NCBI GenBank assembly: GCA_977862235.1
Contig: OZ374564.1
Location: forward strand, 1,922,001-1,986,000
Direction: 5' to 3'
Source of the DNA: Dudresnaya verticillata
Taxonomy: Eukaryota
Length of the DNA: 64,000 bases
Shown: positions 50,391 through 64,000 of the stretch, piece by piece
Layout of the letters: each line of letters opens with the position of its first letter
How positions within the stretch are numbered: the first letter of the stretch is position 1
Notes under the pieces: model-generated
Seen by the model: only the letters and a program-made list of their open reading frames with translations
What the model was told of the DNA's origin: nothing
Database searches by the model: none
Translations under genes and position numbers: made by a program

Positions 50391-53300
50391 TTATCCGTGC
50401 CGAGCGCCGTCGATGTTTGGCGGTAGACGCGTGCGTTTCCGACGGTGGTACCGTACAACGTGTGATCGCTGCAAACTGGAGACTGGCTCCCATGTGTTGG
50501 CTGAAGCGGGGTAGCCAAACCACTTGATGCGTTATAGGATCTCGCCATCTTCCGTATGCGCGTGCAACTCGATTCGTTCGATAACGTATTTCTTCCCGCT
50601 CACAGAAATAGACTTGGACTTGTGCCCTTCCAGCGCCTTTACCGGTTCGTCTCGTTGCGTGATGGGCGTCTGTACCGGGTCGGCGAATCGTACTCGATGG
50701 GTTGAGCACCTATGGCGCTGGCCTTGGGCCTCCGACGCTCGTTCAGCGGTTACCGTTTTGCTGCATCTTTGGACGAGTCTATCGCTTGCGTCGCGCTAGT
50801 TCTTGTTCGCACGGTTTTCGTCATCAGAATCCGACGCGCTTGAAGCGGGGCCAACGTCAGTCGTCGGCTTTGCCGCAGTGGCGTGTTCCAAAAGAGTGTG
50901 GATCCCCGGACTTCGCTCGTCGTCAGAGACGGATTGCGATGAGTGTTCGTGGGTGTCGACCGCGAATGGTGTAAGCTCAGCTAGCCCAAGGGTTCTTGGT
51001 GTCGCAAGCACGCGCTCCTGAGAACCTTCCGCGAATCTGGTTGTCCCTGCGTCATTTTCCGGGTCTGCAGTCGGTGTAACAGGGTTAGCCACACCCTCGT
51101 CTGTTGACGTGGGGGCGGGGTTGCCTTGTTCCGAGGGCGGACCTGGTGGGAGTACGGTAAGTGAGCCATCTGCCCTGGTGGGGTCGGTACCCACACCACG
51201 CGGTCTCGCGATAAACGTTCTTGTTCTTCATGGCCCTTTTCGACGGTCACTGTATCGAGATCGACGTGTGTCACTCGGTACGGATCGTCCGCCATCGGTG
51301 CCAGTTTTTGCGTCCGCTCTGCGGGATCGATGCTCCGGCCTCGGGCGACGTATTCTTTTCGTACGAATACGAAGTCGCCTACGGCGATCTTGTCCTTCGA
51401 ATTCCTCAGACGGGTGTCAAAGTTCCCTTTGTAACGTGCTCGCGTGTTCTCTAGGGATGCTTTAGAAGTCCCCATCAGTGTGGCCAGCCAAGTTCGTCAC
51501 TTGGCGTAGTATTGCCCGACGGATGGTACGCTTTCAAGCGACGGTTCCGCTTGGAGCGACAACGGTCGTGGTGGCTTAGACAGCACCAACTCGAACGGGG
51601 CAAGGTGGGGAGAGGAATGCAGCTGTGTGTTGTACGCGACGGTCAGGGCGTCCGTGAATATATCCCAGTCCCTTAGGTGATCCGCTACGTAGCGTCGAAG
51701 CGAGGCGAGGATGGTATGATTGAATCGTTCCCCCTGGCCATTAAAATGCGGGTGGTGCTTGGTAGTGAAACGCTGCCCCACTCCCAAGAGGCTACAGATG
51801 CTCTGGAAACGTTTAGCCACAAATTGTGGTACCTTGTCGGACAGTATCTTCTTGGGGGCCATACACAAACAACCAATATCGAACAAACGCATTAGCGATT
51901 TACAATGCCATATTCTTACGCAGGGGAACCGTCCGGACCAGCTTGGAAAAGCGGTCCACGATGACGAGTAGGAATTCATTTCCCCGCTTCGTGTGTATGA
52001 GCTCGCCAAGGATGTCGATCGACACGAACTCGAGGGGCTCAGTTGCCGGGAGCAACTTTAGTTCCTTTTCGTTCCTTCGTAACAACACGATGTTCTTAGC
52101 GCAAATTACGCAGTTGCGAACGGTCGCATAACAGTAAACGGTCATCTTCGGCCAATAATATTCGCTTCGAAGCGTATGATATAACTTCCGTCCCCCTGGG
52201 TGCCCTGACAATTTGGCGTGGTGCCGGAGGTGGAGTAAGAGAGCGCGTAATGCGGATGGTACGACCACTTTCGGGCGGACTTCCACTGTTCGGACCCACA
52301 GGTCCTGTTCATCCGTTGCGAACGGAAAGGAGCTCCCGTCATCGAGACGTTTCCGGATTTCGGAACAATGTTGGTCATTGCCTTGAGCATGTAGTAACTC
52401 TTCGTGCGTCACTAGACGTAGGAGTACCTCGTGTGCCTGTGGCGTGTTGTTGATAAACACTTAGTGGAACTCTTTGAAATCTCGTTCGGGGAAGTCGACC
52501 TCGCCTTCGGCGTCTGACAAATCATCTTCCGACGTATGGTGTCCGTCTTCAACGTAGCTTCCGTCATAGCATAGTATGTCATCGTCAATTGGTTAGAAGG
52601 ATTCCCCTTCGTCTGTAGACGCGAAAGGGCATCTGCCTGAGTATTCAGGTACCCCTTTTCGTATTTCACGAAGAAGTCGAACTCGGAAAGGCGAACTCGC
52701 CACCGCATTAACCGTCCAGAGGGGTCGCTGATTTCCATCAGCCACCTCAACGATGAATGATCCGTGTGAACGGTGAATGACTCCATCTGGAGGTAAGATC
52801 GCAACGTCATGACCGACCATACTACTGAGAGGCACTCCTTCTCGGAGACCGAGTATTTACGCTCTGGAGCGGTGAGTGAGCGAGACCAGAAGCCGAGTGG
52901 CTTCCGCTCCCCGTCGGGCTGCGCTTGAAAGAGAGCGCAGCAGACTGGATACTCGCTACCGTCACAACCAACGGAGTAGGGTAGGCTCTACTGTGGTAAC
53001 GCCAGAATAGGCGGGTTGGTCACAGCCTTGAAAAGTGTGCTGAATGTTTTGGCTTGTGTCTCATCGAACGGTGACAACCGGAAGTTTTGCTCCTTCCTCA
53101 ACAACTTTTAAGGGTTACAGCGACGTGCGCGCATTGCTACACAACCCATCTGTAGACATTGCACAGCCCGAGAAAGCTCCGTAGCTCCTTCTGATGCCGT
53201 GGATGCTTGGCTTCGCGTAGCGCGGCAGTGGCAGTTCGATCAACTTACAGGCGTCCTGGACGTATGACATGACCCAAATAGTTGACGGTCGGGGTGAAGA

Positions 53301-53800
53301 AGTCACACTTGGTCAACTTGAAAGTCACCCCGGCCCGATGTAAGGTCGATAGGATCTCGTTAACGTGACGGAAATGGCTACCGATGTCGCTTGAGAAGAT
53401 GAATATGTCGTCCAGATAGTCGAGGCATGAACGCCACCTGTAAGCAGCGAGCAGGATGTCTAACGTCGATTGAAACGTATCAGGCGCGGTTGTGAGACCG
53501 AAAGGCATACGCTTATTGCGGAGCAGTCCTGCATGGCACGTGAAAGCAGTCTTATCGAGGTCTCGCGGATTGATCGGCACCTGCCAGTACCCACTGTTAC
53601 AGTCTAGGGTGGTGAAGACGTTTGCCACCCCTAGACTGTCAATGCACTCGTCGATACGCGGAAGCGGGTACGTATTCCGTACGGTTTACTGCGTTTAAAC
53701 GGCGATAGAATACCCAAAGTGGAGGGTCCCGTCCTTGTTGGGGACGAAGACCATTGGTGACTCCCACGGCGACTGTGCAGGTTCGATGACCCCTTCACCT
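50391..53800 (-). pseudogene. pol: pol of element D
   Basis: FTTLDCNSGYWQ, YLDD, HTDHSSLRW, HHAKLSGHPG...CVIC, chromodomain remnant. Confidence 0.93.
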
Positions 53801-54261
53801 GGCCTACGACGAGACGGGGAACTGAGAGGTGGTTGCAAAACGCGTGTCGTTGGGCCAATGAACGTATCAAGATCTCAATCTCAACGGTGTATAACTTTGG
53901 AAACAGCATCGCTGTACAATTCTCCACTGAGCCGGGTCGCTCAGTGTTAAGAAGGGGGCCATGTGGTACAACGAGCGCTGGGGCGCTGTAAGGATCCACG
54001 TGTACACGCGACGCCTGTAAGGAGTGGGATGCACAAATGATATGGCTACGCGCCATTGGATAATTAACTACGTGAGCGCTGTGTGCGCTGAGTGGCTGAT
54101 ACGAGCCATACTTTCGCGGCTATTTTGGCCCCGGCGTCTGCAGTCACAGCGTCTTACAGTTTCGCAATGCGCGCACAAGTGGTACGTCCGCTCATTCCTA
54201 TTTCCAATCCTTATTTTACTGTTAGTGTACAGTGTTAGTTCACTGTTATCGTTATAGCTCT

Positions 54262-55237
54262 TGTAGTGCAAAACGTCGTGGGTGGATGCCACCAAGTGCT
54301 GGGCCGTTCGTAGCCCGGCGGTAACTCGCCTCAGGCGGGTGAGCGCCGAGGGCGGTAGTAGCGGTAGAGCGTAGATGCACGCCAGGGACGGACTGTAAAC
54401 GCCCGAGACGGCGAAAGGGGGAAAACGGAAGTGTAGTACTGACGGGAAAAAGAGGCAAGGGGGAAACACACGTCAACAACGGAGACGACGCTTGTGCACG
54501 GTATTCCGGTACGAATCTGTGACAAAGTATTCTACGCTAATAGCGTAGCGATGGTGTCCGCGCTTGAACGATGAGGGTGCAGGACACGGAGTTTCTCGGA
54601 TGAGAAAGGGGAAAAGGGTACACGTCTTAGACGGAACTCGACCCGACCGTCGCGTCGCATAGCTTACAAAGTTAGCGGAAATGACGCTAACGAGCGAAGG
54701 GGCGAAGTCTGAAGGCAGACCGGCTTGGCGGAGGTTTATAGATTCGTCTCTCGACGAGTTTCCTATGTAGTACTGCCACTGCTATAGTGAAGGCGGCGGT
54801 GTCGCGGGGCGCGGGAATGCAGGACACTTGTCGTCCCAGCATGGGTCTGACAAGTGGCCTGGAATGCGGCCACGCGCCTGACAGATTTGTCTATACCGCG
54901 ACGCACGCAAAGCGGATGCTTACACTTACACGTGGGTACGTGTCGTACTTACAGGAGCGTACCACGTGATTTGGTCAGCCGCATGTTGGCCCGGTTGTGG
55001 CTCGGCTGGTGCCGAGTGTGCAACATGTCTGCGTATACAGAGTGTGTGCCGCGTGCCACTCATAGGAAACCGGCTTTGCCGGATTCCATGCCTAGGGCGA
55101 TATTCCCCGGGAAGTGCGAGCGGGTTCGCGCCCAAATCCAGATCCTGAGTGACGTTGGCGGCGAAACTCCGAGGGGGGTAGAGGTCCGTCCGAGAGGGTA
55201 TAACAGCGCCTAGGGCGGTATTGGAGTTAGCACTATA
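54262..55237 (-). repeat. solo LTR (976 bp), TSD GCTCT
   Basis: Minus-strand TATAGTGC...GCACTACA; GCTCT at 54257-54261 and 55238-55242. Confidence 0.85.
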
Positions 55238-55428
55238 GCTCTAACAGAGCGGGTAGCAGTTTTCCGGCTTCCGCCGTATTTATTACGCCCCTGAGTACCA
55301 GGGGACCCGGCTAAACGGGCAGCGGTGTGTGCGTTGGGGTTTCCCCTTTTGTCGAGCCCTCACGGTGCTACCGCTAAAACCCCCATTTGCCGTCTACAAG
55401 CCGGGCTTCCTACGACGACTGCTCTAAG

Positions 55429-56377
55429 TGTGGTGCAAGGGGAGGTAAGCCCTTTTTCGCTGAAAGCGGGCAGACCAAATACGTCGACCGACGGAGAAAC
55501 CGCCACCGGCGCTCACCACCGCCGTTGGCCCGCGAACACGTCACCGACGGCTCACTGGGGCGCGCGCGCACACTGCGCGCCGCGCGCCACGCGGGCACTG
55601 TACGGTGATGGGCCGACGTGGCGCCCCGGGGCACTGTAATACGGATCCAGATGGGATCCGGATCCGGTATCCAGATGGGATCCGGATCCGGTATCCAGAT
55701 GGGATCCGGATCCGGTATCCAGATTGGCTATCCGGATCGCCTAAGCTGTAAGATACGCGCCTGTAAGGCTGCGGGTATTCGCATTGCTGGCCCGATCCGG
55801 ATGGGATCGGGATCGGACAAGTATCGGATTAGATCCAAGGCGCACGCTCTACAGTACACGCGCGCGCACAGCTGTAAGGCACACGCGTCCACGTGTGTGT
55901 GTAAGCACGCACGCAGGGGGTTGCACGGCAACCTGTCAGGCGCGCGGCTGCATGCGATGGGTGATCTGTCAGACGCACCTCGGGACGACACGTGTCCCGA
56001 GTTCCCGCGCTACGCACACGCACCGCCGCCGCCGCACCGCCGTACTATACTTAGGTAAGCCGTCCCAGACGTAACAGTAAACGCCCGGGCAAGCCGGCCT
56101 TGGTCCAGACTTCCCCGTTCCGCACGCGCGTACCCTACCGCTGCCTACGGCTAAGCGTCTATCTCCCGTGCTTCCACGTCTACCATCGTCCTTGACGTGT
56201 TCCCTTTCTGTTTCCTTTTCCCTTCCTTTCCGCCTCGGGCGTTTACAGTCCGCCCAAGGCGTGTCCTTTGCTCTACCAACAAGTCGCCCACGGCGGGACT
56301 ACTCACCGCCAAGGGCGCAGCTACCCACCGAGCCCCGAACTGCTCGGCTGTCTATCGTCTCAGACGTTTGCACCACA
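55429..56377 (+). repeat. solo LTR (949 bp), element C family, TSD CTAAG
   Basis: TGTGGTGCAA...TTGCACCACA; CTAAG at 55424-55428 and 56378-56382; internal 24-bp tandem repeat. Confidence 0.93.
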
Positions 56378-57785
56378 CTAAGCAGTACGGTTACCCTTCC
56401 CTTCTCCCCCTCTTGACAAAGGGGTTTCAGCCCTTTCAAGTCTGCTACACTAACGTAGACCCCCTTTCGGGCTGATAGATGTTTTGGCTGTCAAGGAGTA
56501 CTTATGGGCGCTGGCATAGACGAGGCTCGCAGATTACAAACGCAGCGGAGTTGTTCGCGAATTATCCATAGTTTGGTCGTTCGGACGCTCCGTGCCTACA
56601 GGGGTCATCTAGTACGGCCCTAGGCCCGTTACAGCTGTAAATTGAACGAAACGTCTCCGGGAAACACTAGGTCGCAACCTTTATACTTCCTTCAGTTGGC
56701 CGCGCCGAGTTTTACCGCACTCCCGCATCCCCCCTTTCGGCCCATCTGGGCCTGTCCCCTTTCTAAGCCTCTACCAACCTCCCACCGGATACAACCCCAT
56801 AGCGTGTGCTAGCGGGTAGCTGTCCTCTTTTGCTGTGTGCTGTTTCTGGACGGTGCCATACTGCTACACTGTTCTATCCACAAACGTGCTGTGATCGTAC
56901 CGAGTCGACAATGCCGCAGCGTAAGCTGCACAATTTTTCGACAGGCAGGACAAACCCTTCAGCATGAAACCACTGTTAAACGGTAGGTCTGGTACAAGTT
57001 CCTTTTACTTGTTGTCCTTGTGTACAACTATCATTTATTCTACAAAACGAGACGCCATGTGCTGGTTAAGTATTGCTCCACAGAGCCTCTACTATTTCGC
57101 GGCACTGCGTGGTTCAGGGAGAGAGTTGAGACTCTCCCAGATGTTGCCTGACTGTAACAGAATTACTCTCCGCTCGATATTACCATCACCTCTCTTTCCG
57201 TTAATGCTGTCATGATTCAATGCACTCTCGCAGGCTTGAGGTTGTCTCTCCAACATCTTGCATTCAACAACCACAATGAGATACTGTATCTCGGTGTTGA
57301 TGTTTCTTTCTGATGATGTACCAGATGCGTCAGTTTGGAATCGGTTCGTGGATGACTCCTGGATTTTCGTCGCGAGCGAGCTCTCCGTTTTCGTACCACT
57401 TGGAATTTATAACCCCTGAGCACTCAACACGCCGAACGCCCGCAGGCCAAGAGCCCCGACGCCCGACCCGCTGTGGCGTCGTGAGGTGAGCTCTGTACAG
57501 AGTACGGACGCCTGTTGAGTACTCAGCCGACTCGCCGTGCTGATGCTCCAAGTGGTGCGCTCTACTGTAGCGTACGCTCACAATGCATACACAGAGCACA
57601 TGCCCCGAGCTTCCATGCCTTTCTACATGATTGGTCTGCTGCCAGGTCCCACGACTAGGGCGAGGACATGGGCGACTTTCCGTCCATCACCCGCGACGTC
57701 GGGATGGCTGGTGCCTGTAGCGGCACTGGTCTATGGATGTTCGGAACGGAACTTGCGTACGCAAGTCACGATTTGCTGTGAGTTG

Positions 57786-58607
57786 TGTGGCGCACGGGGT
57801 CAGCGCTTTTATTTCCTCGCCATGGGCGTATCAAGACCGCCTCGGCCGACGGACGGTCGCCTGAAACGGCTCATTCGCCGTTGGCGCGAACTCGTCATCG
57901 AAGATTGGCCTACCGACGCGCGAGCGTCATCCCGGCACCACGCGCGCCCGACGCACTGTACGGTATAACGCTGTGGAATGGATCTGGATGGCGCATCGGG
58001 ATCAATGTGGTGTAAGGTGCTCGACTGGCCGTTTGGCCCGAATTCCCATCGAATCCGGATCCGACATCCGCATAGGACATCGAGATCCGCTGTAATGAAG
58101 GCGCGCCTGTAATGCTGCCGCCAATCGGGATCGGAATCCAGATCGCCTGCAATACCGCACAAGCTCGCTTCGGCAAGACGCGCATGGCGGTGTACAGCGG
58201 CTGCACCGCCCCGGGACGTGTCAGAAGAACCTCTACCCGACACGCATCCCGGGTTCCCGCTCACTACGTCATGCAGCCGCCGCGCCGCGGCCCCATAGCA
58301 TTGCTTAGGTACCTCGTTTAGGACGGAGCAGTAAACTCTCGGTAAGCCGGTTTGGGTCTGGACTTCCCCTTTCGCGTCGCGCTCACGCAACCGCTACCCG
58401 AAGGCCTAAGCGTCCGTCTACCCGCGCTTCCGCGTCCGCTATAGTTCTGGACGTGTTTCTTTTTGGGGTTTCTTCCCCTTTCTACTTACGCTTTGGGCGT
58501 CTACAGTTCGTCCCTGGCGTATCATTGCTCTACCACCACACATCGCCGACGTGCTATCCGCCGAGCTGAACTGTTCGGACACTACGTCAACGACGATTTG
58601 CACGACA
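57786..58607 (+). repeat. diverged solo LTR (822 bp)
   Basis: TGTGGCGCA...TGCACGACA; flanks AGTTG/GGTTG; collinear motifs with element C LTR. Confidence 0.8.
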
Positions 58608-60328
58608 GGTTGCACAGAGCTGTCCAGCTGTAGTATCAATAAAGGCAACCCGCTGGCGTCGAACGACGGCAAGGGCATACAACCACTGGATCGGACCCGA
58701 CCAGCGCGGTATACCCATCTACTCGCCTTCCACTTTCCGCCTCTATCCTTCACTTTCTCTTTTCGTCTTCGCGTATGCGAGACTGTTTCGGACACGAATG
58801 TGCCGACTTGTCACACATTCTGTTTGAACAAACAGTTGTTGTCATTGTGGTACTAATTGGGTTTAGGAAGGTTCTTTCCCTTCGAGCGGTGTTGAGTATT
58901 CTAATTGCACTCGCCAACGTCGTGTTGGTGATATGCATTCTTCTAGTTCTGCCATCGGACCTTCCAAAAATCTATTGCGAAGAAGAACCCGGCGACAAAG
59001 ATGATGAATGTTACAAATTTTCTACGTCTTGGCAACAACGCACCCTTCTCGATTTTGGTAACGGGACAATAAGTAACAGAATTTATTGTTGCCGGCACAC
59101 TTCCAGTTGGTAGCGGTGTAAATGCGTTGTTATCGTACGGTGTGCCCTCGTACGCGAGCAAAAGGAAGTTACGAGGGAATAAGTGATGTGTATAGAGACG
59201 AGTTGTAGAGTTTATCGACGGTGGGAACAGTGGCTGTTGTGTTTGCAATCCAAGCCTTCGCCACTGAGGTTGGGGCGCTGTTTATGGCCATCGTGTTGCC
59301 GCAAATATTTGCTCTGTTAGCCCCTCTGCCGAGTGAGTATGCTGTACCTGCCTTAAAAGCTATTTGGTTGCAAAGGGCATAAACGGACTATGAGGATAGC
59401 GTCGTACTGTGAAAACGAGTGGGCTGGCCGCGGGCGTTGCATGAGAAATGGTGACATTGCTAGCAGCTCTACTGCTTGTAACAGCCGTTCCAATGTGTTC
59501 TCAATACGCTTGATGTGAGAATCCATCTCTCAATTTTAGCTGCGAAACCCACTTGTTTGCTTCGAATTGCCGCTATCGTCTCGTTTAAATGCCCTGGCTT
59601 ACCACTGAGGTTCTAATCAACTGTACCCAGCTTAGTCTACAATTGGTTATCTCGGGCCGTATCCCGCGACCAGAATGCAAAGTATATCCGCGTGGTACTC
59701 TAAAGACAACCTGAGATGTTCAGCAGAAATCTCTCCCGCTTTTTAACAGCAAGGCCCTATCTTCTTTCGCCCTCATTTAAGACATCCACGCCCCTACTGC
59801 CCATAGGCTGCTTATGAACTACTCTTCACTCAGGCTCGAAACACAAAGACAATTGTCTCAATAGATTAAACTTATGTTGCACTCGGCCCATTTCTCTTTT
59901 CTTATTGCACTCACGTACATGCTACTTTTATACACCCATCCTGCTATGTTATGTCCCCACACACCTTTTTATTAGGCGGATTTTTGGTGCAATCCCGTAG
60001 AACTGCTGCATGGAGTGTATAATTCGAGCATGGTCGTGGATATCGCACTGTATTGACGCTCATCCAGAGGTAGCGTTCCGTCCATTTTAACAATCCCCAT
60101 TATAGTTCCACGCCCTCTTACGTTGTGCCCACACACGTCTTGACAACAGACAAGTAGCTTCCACTAGCTTCCACCTTAACAGATTAAATGCATATTAGAG
60201 AGAGATCACGGTTACTCAGTTCCTTAGGTAATTCATATTACAGTATGTTACAGCGCTGTCGCGAGTTTGCGTAGATCACTCAGATATGTGTCATTGTCTC
60301 CAGGCGACGTAAAAGGAGATGCCAAGGA

Positions 60329-61404
60329 ATGCAAATCGAAGCACGACCGGGATATGGCGTCAGCTACACTGGCTTTAAATCACAGTACCGAATGGATAGA
60401 CTGCTGAAAAGGCACCGCAGTGTCCGAGGAGATGCGGATCTGTCTCAAGCAACTGTGCATCTTTCTACAGATGAGTTCGATGTTCTACGTGATTTTGTTA
60501 AGATAGAAATCAATGGGCCCGTAGATCCTTACAATACATTATCGGCTGAACAACGCAGGTGGAAACGAAAGAAAACTAAGAAAATTTGTTCGGAAGAGCT
60601 TTTGTTTATGTATCTGGAAATGCTGGGGGAGGTACATGCGGCGTAGATTCGATGGTAAACAGGGCGGGAAATTTCGGCGTTTGTAATGGAAGTGTTTGGA
60701 ACGATATACACCACACGGCTTGGGGTTGCTTTCGAGCATTAAAAAGGGTCATGCCGATAACATGGCCGGGTGTACAGGAACGGTGGTCTATGCATGGCGT
60801 AATCAAGGGAGTTCCGGGTGGTATTATGTTTGTGGATGGAACGCGTCAACCAATACAGAAGTCTGGTGACGAAGATGTTCAGAACGACCAGTTCTTCGGG
60901 AAGGATAAGGCTAACCTCTTTGTCGCATTGATATATGTGGACGTGTACGGTTTGATCAGGAGAATTGAGGTCAGCTACTCTGGAAGAATTCACGACAGAG
61001 CTCTGTTTCAGAGAAGTGATGTATTTCTAAAACGCAGTTCCGACTTCGCCCCAGGGGAACAGATTATTTGCGACGCGGGTTTTGTGGGGGCAGGAGATCC
61101 CAACTGGGTTCTGGTTGCTTTCAAGAAAGGAAGTGGTTTGTCATTTCAGTTGCGGGCTGAATGGAATAAAGACGTGCGCCAGCGCTTCCGAAACGAGATG
61201 GCAATCGGTTATATGAAGAACCGCAACAGGGCATTTTTGGGGGAGTGGCCATACTCTCAGGAGGTGTTTTACTTGTCACTAAATGTTTCTGCAATGGTCA
61301 TGAATTGGAAGTTGTTGAAAAATGGCACAATGCTGGTTCCACTTCAAAGGATGATGGACCGACTCACTCGTGCAGAAAGACTACTATTTGCAACTCAAAA
61401 TTAA
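60329..61404 (+). pseudogene. PIF/Harbinger-type DDE transposase (one frameshift near 60630)
   Basis: ITWP, FVDGT, SGRIHD, IICDAGF, RNEMAIGYMKNR. Confidence 0.88.
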
Positions 61405-61469
61405 TCCTGCCCATGGTGAATGCTAAGCATGCTGTGGCCACACATGCATACAGTTCCGTCCCGCAACGC

Positions 61470-62640
61470 CTAGCTGTTCACTTCAGCATTTCCCTCGTCC
61501 GGAGTCGCGCTAGATTCTTCTTCCGCGGAGTCATAATCCTTCTCCGAAGCAGTTGAAGAGGGCACATTTACAAGTTCCAGTGTAGGCGGATCCGGCAGAG
61601 GACCTGCGGATGGCGTGACTGGACCTAAAATTCCCTGCCGTTTTTCGGCGGCAATACCGCTTTTTGAACCAATTGGGTGCACCAAACTACCGAGAAATCC
61701 AGTCTGCCTGCCATCGTTGATGTTTGCATTCAGTAGCCTTTCCATGCGATGTTCTGATAAGCGCATGCGGTTTTCGTTTTAAGCTTCCATCGTTTTCGTG
61801 TGCTGTAAAGCCTGTACGGAAATGAAAAGGTACTAATAAGGATAGAGAGCAATGCCGATCGTTCTACGGTTATCGATCATAAGTTATCAACGATACTTTC
61901 GTCGATACTCTGTTATATATATCGTATGAGCAATCCCGATATGCCATCAGGATGAATACGCTCAAGCCAACGAACCAACACAGAATGTTCGAGGCCTCCA
62001 TATAAGGACAATAACATTCCTAGAGCCACCAATCTACCGTGGTAAGTTCCGTCCTTTCTCCCACCCACCCGCTCCTTTTCACACAGACTTTAAGTTCACA
62101 AGTTACCGTCCATTCTGGTCATGCAGACCTGACAAAACAATGCAGAAATAGACTTTCTTTGCATTACTCATTTCTGAATGAGGTGGGTCTTTAAGAATAA
62201 AGGCTACATTTCCTTTTCACCTTTCGTTTGCGAGGAAGAGATGCCTTTTGAGTGTTGGTCTGTCTTTGCCTCCGAGCGTTGCGGGTGTCAGCAGCGGTCT
62301 GCTGCACGTCAGATTGGCGTGTGTGACTAGCCTGTGTGCGGGATATCTCCCCCGCCAGTATTTTATCGTCGAACTGGAGCATATTAAGGTTTAAAAGTTT
62401 CCCCTGCGTAAGAGCGCCCTCCTAGTACTCATCCGATGTCGGCGTGTCAATACCGAGGCCGATTGCTTTTACCTTTGCTTCAAAAGACTTCTGCTTATCC
62501 ACTACGAATCGAGGGATGTTATTGATAAAAGCCTTTACATTTTCAAACTGATTTTGGCTCTGGAATGCGGACGGAACGGTGCATAAACATCGTGTCGAAT
62601 CTTGGCAATGATTTCCTCGAATAACCTGTCCTGTACGTTT
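61470..62640 (-). pseudogene. possible convergent second gene of the Harbinger element
   Basis: Fragments 61470-61766 and 62191-62382 converge on the transposase; no Myb/SANT motif recognised. Confidence 0.3.
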
Positions 62641-64000
62641 TTTGTTAACGTCCAGTAGTCACTCTCAGCGAGCATTCGATGGATGAACAACCTTTCATCT
62701 CCATTGGGGCTGAAGCGCCCGACACGGGTCGCCTGACTGGGTCTCCCAGCCCCGTGTCGGAGAGTGCTAGCGGCTCTGTCTCCTCCCGATGATATTCCGC
62801 GCCCCGAGGGCTGGGATCCCTCCGCGTCTTCGACGACGCTTGCACCATAACCATTTCAGAGAGGGGGAGGTGGAGGAGAGCGAGATTCGGACATGTCTGT
62901 GGAGAGGAAACGTGTTATGGGATTGTTCTTTGGGTGATCCACAGTGGTGTAGGGGGTCATTCAGAAATTTGTGGTGAGAGAGATCTGGGCAAGCTCTTTT
63001 TGAGGTCAGCCCAGGGTAGCGGATCTGGACAGTTCGGTGTACTGTAGAGCAATGCATCGACTTCTTTAATTGAAATCTCTGCCATTCAGATCTGGCTGTG
63101 TGCGTTGCGCAGAGCCAGATCTGGCTAAATTGAAAAACTCCAGTACTAAGTGTTTTTCTAACATTCAATTGCAGAGGCTAGACATACGGTATTTGGCAAA
63201 TGTTTGAGATGTTAGCGATTTTGCTGTACCTTGATAGGATTGAGGTTGTCGCGCACATTATCCTTACTAGCAAAAAACGCCCGATTCCTTCCAATAATGC
63301 GATGGCGCTCTTGTTTGACACTCTCAACACTATCTAATTGAAATGACATTGGATACTGCCCGACAAGTCACCTCGGAGTATTCGCTTGATCCGCTCCCTG
63401 TGTTCTGCGGAACTGCAGCCTCCAACAAAGCAATATTACTCCTGCAGATTTGCCTCTGATGTAGTGCTTAAGAGTATCCAGTAGGGATGCTCTAGTTTCA
63501 TGCTTTCGTAAAGTGACGTTTACCCCCAACATAGCTCTCTATACTGTAGATACTGACGAGATTCGTTGGGGCGCAGTACTACTGTACCTCTTGACGTACC
63601 TCTTGAGGTACGTCGTGGTTATTCGTGCTACGGAATCACGTCAAAATGCGCTTATGCGATGTTTCGGTTTCCTTGGGTATGATACTGTGTACAGTTGGAC
63701 CTGCACTTCGGCACAAGCCATCCCAGCAGAACCTCGTTATTGGACAACACTAACTAGTGAGGGCTTGCCAATGCAGCCTGGTGATGTATCGTGAACCGAA
63801 CTCTCTATTTCACTCCTGTAAAGATGCTTTGCATGCAGGATGAGCAGTGTGCTCGTCTATGCGTCAAGTGTTGCAACATGAACATGTCCCTTGCACTATC
63901 TAATTTGTATCCTTGATGGATATGTAAAGATGACTACTATTTGACTGAATATGACTGATTTGGAATAAAAAGGGCATGACTATGACTTTCCAAACCTCTG

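Larger units (their letters stand above)
47055..53800 (-). mobile_element. Ty3/gypsy element D, relative of C, truncated at both ends
   Basis: RT to chromodomain on minus strand, antisense ORF on plus, purine tract 47201-47212, 3' LTR start TGTGGTGCAA at 47200 with only ~145 bp retained. Confidence 0.9.
53962..56860 (+). repeat. host LTR interrupted by two solo LTRs
   Basis: Purine tract TTAAGAAGGGGG then TGTGGTAC; CTCTACC motif near 56769; 3' end approximate. Confidence 0.55.

Noticed and set aside
29992..55298. 11-bp inverted match GTACTCAGGGG/CCCCTGAGTAC as terminal repeats
   Set aside because: Short, no TSD; one copy is internal to the 150-bp motif and the other to an LTR
55645..55722. 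CRISPR-like or coding 24-bp repeat (IQMGSGSG)
   Set aside because: Tandem expansion inside a solo LTR; ORF incidental
58608..60300. Short ORFs 58775-59113 and 58943-59248
   Set aside because: No recognisable motifs; insufficient support

Overview
Eukaryotic, repeat-dominated window with no intact host gene. Red-algal origin is a guess from recalled retroelement sequence style and is unverified. Most of the window is nested Ty3/gypsy chromoviruses. One is structurally complete (31135-43504; 909-bp LTRs, TTAAG target-site duplication (TSD), tRNA-Tyr-like primer-binding site (PBS), putative -1 gag-pol frameshift, chromodomain). There are also three partial elements, pol fragments and solo LTRs with TSDs. 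Three elements carry a homologous long antisense ORF of unknown function between pol and the 3' LTR; two share an in-frame TGA at the same position. The complete element is inserted inside a Sola-type DDD transposase gene that rejoins in frame across the TSD and is bracketed by two gapless ~58%-identical 150-bp direct repeats. Just left of it is a compact block of unknown ORFs, including a degraded ~960-codon gene fusing a ParB/Srx-like domain, a beta-class amino-DNA-methyltransferase (DPPY) and a possible transposon-type SH3-like domain. This is the best candidate for a little-described system: a DNA-transposon-associated, phage-like ParB-methyltransferase module. Also present are a truncated two-pore channel pseudogene and a PIF/Harbinger-type transposase. 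All calls are by-eye motif recognition; no searches were run.
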